Assembly (NCBI RefSeq): GCF_963921235.1
Contig: NC_086103.1
Location: 9,114,001 to 9,178,000 of the forward strand
Origin: Mobula hypostoma
Taxonomy: Eukaryota
Reading direction: 5' to 3'
Length of the DNA stretch: 64,000 nt
The notes beneath the pieces were generated by a model, which had not been told where the DNA came from, did no database searches, and was given only the letters and a program-made list of their open reading frames with translations. Shown here piece after piece: positions 1-11,383 of the stretch. The stretch's first letter is position 1. Every line of letters begins with the position of its first letter. A program made the position numbers and the translations under genes.

Positions 1-1123
1 GAGCTCATGGCATTGGGGGGAGGATATTGACATGGATAGAAAACTGGTTGGCAGATAGAAAGTAAAGGGTAGCAGTGAATGGGTGTTTCTCGGAATGGCA
101 GGTGATGACTAGTGGGGTGCCACAGGGCTCGGTATTGGGACCTCAGCTGTTTATGATTTACGTCAATGATTTAGAGGAAGGCATTGTGAATAACATCAGC
201 AAGTTTGCTGATGATACTAAGCTGGGTGGCAGTGTGGCATGTGATGAGGATATTAGGAGAATTCAAGGTGACTTGAATAGGCTGGGTGAGTGGGCAGAAA
301 CTTGGCAGATGGCGCTTAATGTGAATAAGTGTAAGGTTATTCACTTTGGGAGCAAGAACAGGAAGGCAGATTATTATCTGAACGGTGTGGAGTTAGGTAA
401 TGGAGAAATACAAAGAGATCTAGGAGTACTTGTTCATCAGTCTCTGAAGGTGAATGAGTAAATGCAGCAGGCAATGAAGAAGGCTAATGGAATGTTGGCC
501 TTTATTATAAAGGGAATTGAGAACAAGAGCAAGGAAATCCTTTTGCATTTCTACAGGGCCCTGGTGAGACCACACCTGGAGTATTGCGTACAGTTTTGGT
601 CTCCAGGGTTAAGGAAGGACATCCTGGCCGTGGAGGAGGTGCAGCGTAGGTTCACTAGGTTAATTCCTGGGATGTCCGGACTGTCTTACACAGAGAGATT
701 AGAGAGACTGGGCTTGTACACGCTGGAATTAAGGAGATTGAGGGGGGATCTGATTGAGACGTATAAAATTATTAAGGAATTGGACAAGATAGAGGCAGGA
801 AATATGTTCCAGATGCTGGGAGAGTCCAGTACCAGAAGGCATGGTTTAAGAATAAGGGGTAGGTCATTTAGGACAGAGCTGAGGAGGAACTTCTTCTCCC
901 AGAGAGTTGTGGAGGTGTGGTACGCGCTGCCTCAGAAGGCAGTGGAGGTCAATTCTCTGGATGCTTTCAAGAAGGAGCTAGATAGGTATCTTATGGATAG
1001 GGGAATGAAGGGTTATGGGGGCAAGGCAGGAACCGGGTATTGATAGTAGATGATCAGCCATGATCTCAGAATGGCGGTGCAGGCTCGAATGGCCGAATGG
1101 TCTACTTCTGCACCTATTGTCTA
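1..1123 (+). mobile_element. CR1-type LINE, 3' part of ORF2 (RT and C-terminus) plus 3' tail, with an internal stop; cut by the window edge
   Basis: ORFs 75-461 and 462-1043 contain GVPQGSVLGP, KFADDTKL and [13 protein letters not shown]; 3' stem-loop GGTGCAGG...GGCCGAATGGTC...CTGCACC near 1075-1113. Confidence 0.93.
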
Positions 1124-1821
1124 TCAAGTGTTTGCTCAGTTTTAGCAAAGTGGTTAAAGTTTAGCAACAGTATTAATACAGAAAATAGAGGCGATTCAAG
1201 AATATTATTCTCAACTATAAAACGACTGTTGAAACCTGTACCACGTAGAATGTCACCTGTCAAGCATATGCCACAGAATGTGAGGATTTCGCAATTCTTT
1301 TTATTAACCAAGTTTTTTTCATTCAGGAGAATATAGCTTCAGATACTGCTAACATCTGCAGCAAATTTCTTAGGATGACGGCTACCATGTAAAAATTTAC
1401 ATGTATTTCTGATTCAGAACTCCATAAGAAAGTAGCAAAGAGTAAATGGTCTACTTGTTGTCTCTACTCTGCCCTACCACACTTTTTAACGACTTCTTTA
1501 GCAGTGTTTTCAGTTCTGTTAGGAAAATTACTAAATTATTAATACTTGGGCTGCCTGCGACGATGGTGGAGGCGGATACGATAGGGTCTTTTAGGAGAGT
1601 TCTGGATCGGTACATGGAGCTTAGAAAAATAAAGGGCTGTGGACAATGTTCCCTCTAATTTTTAGTAGTCAGTGTGCGCAAAAATCTTACGTTGTGCAAA
1701 TTTTTCTCCTGTGACAAAATAAGCGTGCACTGAATGCACACATGGGACAGTTTATGTAGGTTTACAAAATATTTGACATAAAACTGCACAGAATAACAAC
1801 AAAATAACATACAAATTTAAG

Positions 1822-2292
1822 TCACACACACAAAAAATGCTGGTGAACACAGAAGGCCAGGCAGCACCTATAGGAAGAGGTACAGTCGACGTTTCGGGCC
1901 GAGACCCTTCGTCAGAACTAACTGAAAGAAGAGATAGTAAGAGATTTGAAAGTGACAGGGGGAGGGGGAGATCCGAAATGATAGGAGAAGATAGAAGGGG
2001 GAGGGATGGAGCCAAGAGCTGGAAAGTTGATTGGCAAAAGGGATACGAGGCTGGAGAAGGGACAGGATCATGGGACAGGAGGCCTAGGGAGAAAGAAAGG
2101 TGGTGGTGGGGGGGGGGGAGCTCAGAGGATGGGCAAGAAGTTATAGTGAGAGGGACAGAGGGAGAAAAAAAGAGAGGAAAAAGGGGAAAGAAAAATATCA
2201 TAATAAATAAATAAATATGGGATGGGGTACGAAGGGGAGGAGGGGCATTAACGGAAGTTAGAGAAGTCAATGTTCCTGCCATCAGGTTGGGG
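1822..2292 (-). mobile_element. Penelope-like retroelement 3' end (pseudo-LTR) inserted in the hAT
   Basis: Closely similar to 46759-47182, which lies next to a GIY-YIG ORF; includes the ORF's final codons (QPDGRNIDFSNFR*). Confidence 0.8.
1883..1920 (-). ncRNA. Minimal type I hammerhead ribozyme motif (Penelope-associated)
   Basis: Minus strand UAGUU-CUGACGA-A-GGGU(CUCG)GCCC-GAAA-CGUC^GACUG: intact catalytic core, helix II, palindromic ACGU helix III, helix I UAGUU/GACUG. Confidence 0.7.
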
Positions 2293-5200
2293 ATATTTAA
2301 TTTTTATCATATTTAAGTCACTCAGCTATTTTTTCTCTCTCCTGTCTTTGGCATTTACCCATTCTTTGTAAACTCTATCTCGACTAATAGAACTTCTATC
2401 CCATTGATAGCTTTATCCAAATGACATTCACCTGAACGGTTTCTCAGCTTGTACTTGAGTTGATTCATTAGGCTAAAAGCTCGTTCACAGTCCGCACTGG
2501 ACGCAAGAAAGGTTCCCCCAATGTCCCATCAACTGTGCAAGGTCGCAAAACTGTTCATTTTGAAGTACAAATGCCACCATTTGAACAAAGTTTGAAATTT
2601 AATTTTTTCTTGCACGGAAAATTTGAAATCATTAAACTGTGTGACTATTACAATATTTTCAGCTAGAAAATCATGATATTTTAGACATAAGGCATTAATT
2701 TGTTCATCGCCAAATGTGAAGTCACAATCTGAAATTGCAGAGAAGTCAAAAGTTGACCAATCTTGTACCTCAACTTTAATCTGCTCTGGGATTGATCGTT
2801 TTTGCTGTAGCTCATCTGCACTCAACCGTAACAAGCGTAGCACTCCTGTAACGGGTAATGACGGGTTCCGTTGCCTGAGCTTTTGTACACCATCCAGATA
2901 CGATTTACTTGCCAAATGACGCTTCAAAACTCAAGTTTCCAAATATCATCCTACTTCTTTCCACCAGCAAATTCTCCAGCAACTTTCGCACCACGACAAT
3001 ACAAACAGATAACTCCAGTTTCCGAATCATACATAAATATTTCTCATAGCTGAACGATCATGACCTCATGAGCTTTCGGTGTAACAGTTTCTACTGTTTT
3101 GTTAAGCCATTCAACTTTAAACAAATTTGCAGTTCTTTTGCGCTTCACGCCCTTCGCTTCTTTTGAATTCGACATAGTGAATCAATATTTTTTTCCAATA
3201 AAAATTCAGTAAGCTATCTACAGGATTTGAAACAGATCTTTGTAAACTGTACAATATGAACATTGTCCGCCAAACAAGGCTGCCGTGGTGATGCAGCTGT
3301 ACAAACTGGAACAAGAAAGGTGAGGTGATGTAAATTAGTGACGTGCATTGTGGCATTTGAAAAACCGACTAACTAGTTAACAGAAACAGCTAGTTAAAAG
3401 ATTATCTTCAATAAGTATAATTATTAACTACTACATTATTTCAGGTAACTAACCTTTTGTGCGCACATTAATTTCCTTTGTGCGCTGGTTGAAAAACGTG
3501 TGTGCGCGCGCGCACACGCGCACAGCTTAGCGGGAACTATGGCTATGGGTAACCCTAGGTAATTTCCAAAGTAAGTACATGTTGGGTACAGCATCGTGGG
3601 CCGAATGGCCTGTATTGTGCTGTAGGCTTTCTATGTTTCTATGTTTCTATCTATTGAAACTCGTGTTTTTCCAGATGCCTTCGAACAGTGGCTGTCAAAC
3701 GCTATTTAAGAAGCGATAGTGAGGCACCAGCTAACTGTAGGCCTACACCAAATATTCCCTTCCTAAACAAGATTCTTGAGAAAGTCATTTCTCAACTCAA
3801 CCAGCTCAACAACTTTATGAATGAGAACAAAACTCTAGAAAAAATTCAGTCAGGATTTGAGCAACCCATAGCATAGAGGAGACCCATACCGAAGTTGTCA
3901 GAGACCTTAGGTTTAGCATTGATGCCAACAGAGTCTCAGTTCTAATTCTTCTAGATCTAAGTGCTGCCTTCGACAAAATTGACTACGGCATTTTTCTGGA
4001 TCGCCTTGACTCTTGAGGAATGGATTGGTCTCTTCGTGCCCTTAATTGTTTTTTTCACATATCTTAAAATTTTTGTTTGTTAGTCTTGTAGCCAAATTTT
4101 CTAAGAGATACAATGTACCTTTTGCTGTTACTCGGGGAAGCTGTCTTAGTCCCTTACTCTTCTCCTTATATATACTTGCCTTAGGAGACATAATTAGAGA
4201 GCATAAAATTGATTTCCACAGTTATGCAGATGATACACAATTGAATATCTCGGTTGAGCCTAATAATAACATCCTATTTTTTCTACAATAAACTAATGGA
4301 TAAGCCCTAATTTCCTATAATAAAATGAAGATAAATGAAGATATAACTGAAATGCCTTTGGTTGGTCTCAAAATCAAAAGAGATAAACTTCCGGATAAAC
4401 TTGGCTCCCCTTGTAAAATCGGAAGTAACAAGCCTTTGTGTTGTCCTTGATTCAGATTTGAGTTTTAAATCCCGCATAAAGAAAGCGACCAGAGCAGTAT
4501 TTCTACGTCTAAGAGATATTGCAAAGATACGTTCACTTCTGTCACACAATGATGCTGAAAAGCGAATTCAATTGACTAGATTACTGCAGTGCAGTTTTTC
4601 CAAAATAATCCATTGCCTAACTTCAAATTATTCAGAACGCCGCTGCTGTACTTTAAAGCCAAATCCAAGACGAGGGAACATATCACTACCGTACTAGCTA
4701 CTCTGTATTGGCTTTCTGTACTTTATAGAAGTGATTTTGATGTTCTCTGTCTTGTTTTTAATGCTCTTAATGGTCTAGAACCGGTGAACATCGCAAAATC
4801 GTCTTCGCTTTATAATCCTGCTCGAGCTTTTAGTTCTTCTACTGCCAGTCTCTTAGATTTAAAAAACCTTCCACAAAAGATAATTGGCAGGTTAGCTTTT
4901 TTGAGCTATGCTTCTAAACCGTGGAATTCAATACCTAAAATTATAAGAGATGCAGACTCATTAGACAGTTTTAAATGCCAACTGAAAGCTAATTTATTTA
5001 ACGGTGTTTTTAAAATCTTTTTGTCTTTTATTTTCATGTTTGATTTTATTTTCATGTTTATTATTTTCATTTTATTTTCCTGTTTATACTTACAACCCAT
5101 TGTAAAGCACATTGAACTACACCCAGTGTATGAAAATTGTTTTTATATATAACGTTATTATTATTCAAAAATAATGTGCATCAAATACCGAGTAGAATAA

Positions 5201-5799
5201 CCAAATACACAACCCACGAGAACTTCGATAAAATTCATATAGGATATACAGGCGAAAGAGAATCACGTGGGATTCCAGAAACTGGTGTAGCAATCACTTT
5301 TTTTTAAATTAAGTGCAATCGTGAACAATAGTCAGATCAGAAATGCTGATCAAGTCAACTAGTTCCCGAAGAGAACTCTGATATGCCAATCGGATGGTTC
5401 ACTGCTGCTCAGCGATAGAACACAAAACAGGCACAAGGGTTACTAGCCCCTGTACCCCAGAAACACACCTGAGCGGTGCGGCGGAGGTATGTGCTATGCA
5501 TGACCTGATCTGAAAGCATCATGATGACTCTTAACAGATCGTGTTCCCGGTGGAACAGCTTAGTCAAGGACGGGGTGATCAGTACAGATGGACAAATTAC
5601 ACCTCCACTACCCCTAATTTTGTACTGGACCTACAAAATCCTGAAAAAAATAGAATAAAAAGCAACAGGTAGCAAATGGATATGAGGATCGAAATCAATA
5701 CGCACAACGACATTTTGATGCAGAAATTAAATTCGTCCCATTAAAAAGCAATGCCTCGAGTTTCCAAAAACAATTGTTTTCTTCTGCGAAGTAACTCAC

Positions 5800-8247
5800 C
5801 TCATTACTTGCATTGCAGCTGTAGATCTCAGAGCTTACCCTTCCTGCACTTTCTTTCGCAAGAGTTGCTTGCTCTGCACAGGAATTTTCTACAGGTGGTC
5901 CACGTTTGTGCGGGGCCGTGAATTCTTTCTTTTCGGACTGCAACGTTGAACACGACTCGTAACGGAAACTCTGAGAAAGTGGATCACCTCCAAATACCTC
6001 AATATAGTTCGGTGGTATATGAAGGCTTCTACTGGCCTTTTGAGTTCCATTTAGGAAATTCCTTGTTTTCCAACAGCAACAGATACTCGGAGAGCTGTAA
6101 TGGCACCACATTCCATTTCTGTTATTATAAACATTGATAGCAAGGATAATTAAAATTACTAGAAAAATAACAGATGTCGTTCCAAATGTTATGACCAAAT
6201 AAAGATTCAGATCAGGGAAGAACTCACGATCTTTACTTAAACTGGTAGCACTGGTGATCGTTTCGGCCCCTGCCATAGATATTACTATAGTTACTGTGGC
6301 TGAGAGTGAGGGCCTTCCATTATCTTTTACAACAATTACCATTCGTTGTTTAGAAGCGTCCTTCCTTTGTATACTACGGATAGTCCAAACTTCACCAGTG
6401 TCCGCTGAAATAGTAAACAAATCGCGATGTGTAGCCTGAAAAATGTGGTAAGATAGGCGGGCATTCTGACCAGCGTCGGCGTCAGTGGCTGACACTTTGA
6501 CCACGAGGTATCCAGGTTCAGCAAACCTGGATATTGTCTCCATTACTGTTGACCCATACTCGGGTAGAGGATGCACGATCACTGGGGTATTATCGTTCTC
6601 ATCAAGGATAACAACATCGATTGTAACGTTACTGCTGAGGGCTGGGACTCCAGAGTCCTGCACCTGAACTTGAATCTGGAAGCTTTTCAATTTCTCGTAA
6701 TCAAACGATCTTTGAGCAAAGATGACACCACTCTTTGAATTGATGGAGACAGACGAGGCGACAGATAAATTCAGAATAGTAAATTTCAGTAGGGCGTTCT
6801 GCCCAGTATCTGGATCGAAGGCTGTTAGAGAGAATATGGAACCCCCAACAATGTTGTTCTCCATAATATTTGCCGTGTACCGAGACTGTGTAAAACTTGG
6901 AACATTATCATTTACATCTGAAACTTCCACGCGGATTGTTTCCTTAGAGGTGAGGGGAGGATTCCCTGCATCTCTACAGGTTACAGTAATGTCATACCTA
7001 GAGATAGTTTCGCGATCCAGCTCATGTTGTATCAGCAGTTTCCAATTATTCTTCACCGGGGAATCTAACTTAAAGGGAACTTTATTCGGAATTTGACATT
7101 GCACTTGCCTATTGTGCCCGGAATCCTTATCTTCTGCATTGAGAAGGGCGACAATAGTTCCCACTGGGGCATTTTCTGGCACAGCATTCGACATGGATGT
7201 CACCGTAAGTTCAGGAGCGTTGTCATTCACATCGATTAAATCCACCAGCACATCGCAGCGCCGAGACATTGCGGGTTGACCATTATCCACTGCTTGAATA
7301 TTGATTACAAAAGTCTTTCTTTGTTCATAGTCCAAGTGATCTTGCAGTCTAATTTCACCAGTTTTGGAATTCACACGTACTAACGCACGGACCTCAGCTG
7401 AATTATGGCTGCTGAGGGCATATGTTATCTCTCCATTTGTACCATCGTCCAAATCAGTGGCGTTTAACGTGATAATCAGCGTTCCTATGGGAACCGATTC
7501 TAACATATTGACCTTATAAACTGACTGTGAGAAAACAGGAGAGTTGTCATTCGTATCCTTCACTATGATTATTATCTGTGCAGTGCCTGATCTCACCGGG
7601 ACTCCGCCGTCTTCAGCAAGTAGCGTTAACTGATGCGTCGATATCGTTTCTCTGTCCAAACCCCTCTGCAGAACTAACAACGGTAACGCTCCTATTCTAT
7701 CGCGTTCTTCTATGTCAAGAATGAAATATTCATTGGGAAGGAGCTGATACGTCTGCAAGGAGTTAGCTCCAATGTCCGGATCGTGCGCGGTATCGAGGGG
7801 GAATCGCGCTCCCGGTGCCATCATCTCTGAGATTTCCAGTCGGATCTGACTGTTGGGGAAACTGGGAGCGTTATCATTTACATCGAGAATCTCCACTTCC
7901 ACCTGGTGCAGACCGAGGGGATTTTCAAGCACAACGTTAAATGATAAAACGCATTCGGTGCTCGGCCCGCAAAGTTGTTCCCTGTCGATATTTTCATTCA
8001 CAAACAAAATCCCGTTCTCCAAATTAACGTCAACATACCGTTTCCTCCGATTGGGCGACACCCGCAATCTACGAGCTGACAGCTCCTTTAAATTTAACCC
8101 CAAATCAATTGTAATATTCCCAACAAAGGCACCCAGTTGCAATTCCTCGGGAACAGAATAACGAATCTGGCCACTAACAAAATCCAAACGGGTAAACAAA
8201 CAGCAGAAGAGCTGATATTTTACTAACCAGTGTATATTATCTCTCAT
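5800..8247 (-). CDS. Clustered protocadherin variable exon V1 (subfamily A), 816 codons to the splice donor; unspliced ORF runs to 5695
   Basis: Signal peptide, QIRYSVPEE start of EC1, C-x5-C in EC1, six DxNDN/DRE/AxDxG repeats, TM helix, cytoplasmic PPNY motif; phase-0 donor GAG|GTGAGT with GT at 5799-5798. Confidence 0.96.
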
Positions 8248-8419
8248 TTCCAGGACAAATCATTCCAATGGTTTCGACCCGAGACAATGCCTTTTCACAG
8301 CGGTTTATTTAACTGGGAGCAATGCGATGCAGAAAATATTTGTACGTTTTTTATATTTCCTCTATTTTTTGGATTGCTATTTTCTCATTTTTCTCCAATT
8401 CGAAACGAGCCGTGTGTAA

Positions 8420-8650
8420 ATCCTCCGGTGCTGCCTGGTATCCTGTTTTTACGGCGTCTGATCATACGTGATGGCGGCTGCGTGTTGAAGGGGGCTGTGC
8501 GGATCACCACTTGCAGCTCAGCTTCTGATTGGTGAACGGTGCAGCTTTCATATCTGGCCAATTAGAATTCAGCTAATTTCTTAAAGCAAGTGATATTCCA
8601 TTTGGCGCAGAGTTGTTACATTTAAGAGTGCACAATTGAAATTAATTTCA
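8420..8650 (-). promoter_or_regulatory. Conserved promoter of V1
   Basis: Blocks shared with all seven paralogs: GTCTGA, ATGGCGGCTG, GGGGCTGTGCGGATCAC, ATTGG 8528-8532, CCAAT 8558-8562, TTTCTTAAAGC, GCACAATT. Confidence 0.8.
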
Positions 8651-9854
8651 GCATTCTAGATGATTCAGAGTTTTACAGATACTTGGCTTCCGAATCATAG
8701 TTTCACATACTCAATGCAGTAAATACCTTAAGATCAACTGTTGGAAAATATCTTCAGGAACAAATAAAATTCAAAAAAGTATCTGCTCTTGCTGAGAATC
8801 TAATTATAGAAATGTTCTATGTATATATTTTTATCATCTTTTAGAGTCGTTACAAGCTAGTAGTTAATACTCATGGAACTATTTCGCACACCTCCCTTTA
8901 TACAGACCCAACCAGAAACAAATATAGAACTGTAAGTTGAATATTAATAATAGCTTTTCATAATGTGAAGATTTCCATGTATGTACTCTCTATGGTCTTT
9001 TGACGAAGCAAAGGCTAATGAAACCGGCGTTGTTTTAAATGTAAATTGGAATGCCATCATGTCTATAATTAAATCCCTTTCCTGTCCCGATATCTGACGA
9101 CATCGAAGACTATCACTGCAGAACTGAATGGAGGTAACCTGTACAATGCCACTCCACTGACTCGAAATTCAATATTCTCCTATGTACTTTAATATGCTCT
9201 GGTTTCATTCCTGTTCTACCTTTAACTTTGACTGGGAATTATATATCACATTTCCTTCACTAATCCTGGACCTAAACCTTCGAACTTTTACGCAATAAGT
9301 TTACGGGAGCTGTCTCAACACAACGGACTCAGTGATTCGTGGAGGTGTCTCCTCACTTCTTCTCCAAGGGCAACATGGATGAGGGAAACATTAGCCTTGC
9401 ATGCAACACCCATATCCAGGATACAAAGAATCACAACGTTGATATCGAAGAAGGTTAATCCCCAAAGCAAACCATATCTTAATTAATTAATTAATTGTTT
9501 GGGAATTGGCGTGGAATTTTCCATCTCGAAGACTTCCGAAAAAAGCAGCTCAATATTATGTGCGTGAATGTTCGCTGTTGACCACACGATGTTAATTTGT
9601 ATTTAACATTCGTCAGATAAGTAGATAGTCCGTAGTTATTTGGAACAAGCTCAACACAATGCTTAAATATTTTACAAGTACTCGAATATGTAAATATAAA
9701 ATCACCCGGAATACTCAAAACCATTCATTCAAAGCCTTCATCCTGATTAGCAGTACATAAAATGCCTTAAATATTTATTCAGTCCATCACAGAATGCACT
9801 GGAATAACTCACTGATCTTTCTCCCAGTTCTCTCTCAGATCTGGATAATTGTTT

Positions 9855-10420
9855 TGTAAGACGTCGGTGAGGCCTAATTTGGAGTATTGTGTGAAGGTCT
9901 GCTCACCTGCCGACAGGAAAGATGCAAATAAGTTTGAAAGAGTTCAGAGAAAGTTTACAAGGATGTTGCCAGGTCTGGAGGTCAGGTCTGGGTTATAAAG
10001 AAAGATTGAATAGGTTGGGACTGTATTCCTCAGAACGTAGAAGGTTGAGAGAAGATTTGCTAGCGCTGTACAAACTAATGAAGGGATATAGAAAGGGGAC
10101 ATGCGAGCAGGTTTTTTCCATTGAGTTTGGGGTGGGACTACAACCAGAGTTCATGGGTTAAGAGCGATATGTGCAAAGTTTAAGGGGGAAATGGGGGTAA
10201 ACTGCTGCATTCAGAAGATTGTGAGCATTGAATGAGCTGCCAGCACAAGTGCAGGATGCGAGGACGAAATCGACGTTTGAAGTTTGAATAGGTATATGGA
10301 TAATAGGCTATGGTCCCGGTGCGGTTCGATGGGAGGAGGTGGTTTAAATGGTCTTGACCTGGAAAACGGGCCGAAGGGCCTGTTTCTGTCCTCTACTTTT
10401 CTATGAAGCTATGACTCTAA
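9855..10420 (+). mobile_element. Decayed CR1 LINE 3' fragment
   Basis: LVRPNLEYCV-like and ERLNRLGLYS remnants; 3' GGGCCGAAGGGCCTGTTTCTG. Confidence 0.75.
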
Positions 10421-11383
10421 TAAAGAAATGTGAATGCACAAGGAAATAACAGCATGACAAATCCCTTGTATTGCTAAGACATACCTCACTATTTATTAGA
10501 AACTTGTGAATGAGCTATACATACGTTGGCTGTCACAAGATGCATATTTGGCTTCTATGGTGTTTTAGCGCTTTCGGTACACTTTAGCCACTAAAAAGGA
10601 GGCAATCAGAGTCTTGTTGGAACAATCTCTGTTAGACTGATTACGTAACGCCGATAGTATATGCAGAGTTAATTAATGTCAAAATCGACACTCTGGCTCA
10701 GTAGCAGATAATTTAGATTCAATACATAGTTTAGATACTAAATAATAATCCAAAATATTTTGAGATACTGATCATCTCAAGCAGCCCTGATGGAGACAAA
10801 CTGAAACATAGTATTCCGGAATGATCACCCTACATCAAGGTTCGATTTAAGGTCATTGAACGAAACGTGGACGCTTGATTCTCGCTCCACAGATGTTGCT
10901 GTAATTTCTGTACATCAAGCTCGTTTTGATTTCCGCTTTTCAGCGGCGGCATGATTATTTCCTTCAGCTTTTAAATACAAGTGACTTTAAAAAACCGAGA
11001 AGAACTGTTACTCTCCAATGACGTGCTCACAGTAGGTTACGCTCAGCGGTATGCTCCTGGGTTTCGCCAACAGATCTAAAGTATGACTGTAGTAAATGTG
11101 GAGCAGTTTAACCTCCCTCGCCCCCCCCCCACCTCCCCGCCACCAAGAACTGCGATTAACCTCACTTGAGAGAAGACTGTGGGCTTCCAGGACTTTGTGG
11201 AGCAACGCATTGGAATTACATGCAATCCTCCAGAATTCTGAACAGTTAAATAAAAAAATATGCACGACAGGTAGGGTTGCGAATCATGAACCAATAATAC
11301 TTTGACGGAGAGTTCAAGCAGTCCCAGGATATACAATGGCCAGAAAATCAAAACGACTTACTTTCTTTTGCGAATTAACTCAC

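Larger units (their letters stand above)
1644..3541 (-). mobile_element. Non-autonomous or decayed hAT DNA transposon
   Basis: Terminal inverted repeats CAATGTTCCCTCTAA and TTAGCGGGAACTATG; imperfect 8-bp TSD GCTGTGGA/GCTATGGG; minus-strand remnant ASSADCERAFSLMNQLK at ~2450-2510 resembles the hAT dimerisation domain. Confidence 0.8.
1546..3650 (+). mobile_element. Short CR1 3' tail split by the hAT insertion (1546-1643 and 3542-3650)
   Basis: VVEADTIGSFRRVLDRYM C-terminus on the left; the right part continues with GGGCCGAATGGCCTGT and (CTATGTTT)n. Confidence 0.75.
1124..5165 (+). mobile_element. Decayed L2-type LINE interrupted by nested insertions (host segments ~1124-1545 and ~3651-5165)
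   Basis: RT motifs LDLSAAFD (~3950-3975), [12 protein letters not shown] and HSYADDTQL (ORF 4046-4291); L2-like C-terminus REHITTVLATLYWL; ends in an (ATT)n-like tail near 5155-5165. Confidence 0.75.

Noticed and set aside
1752-2282. 176-aa and 125-aa overlapping ORFs
   Set aside because: Purine/pyrimidine-skewed Penelope pseudo-LTR sequence; the same spurious ORFs recur at 46700-47140
1-5694. Pcdh constant exons downstream of V1
   Set aside because: The region is almost entirely transposon-derived and no constant-region-like exon is recognisable
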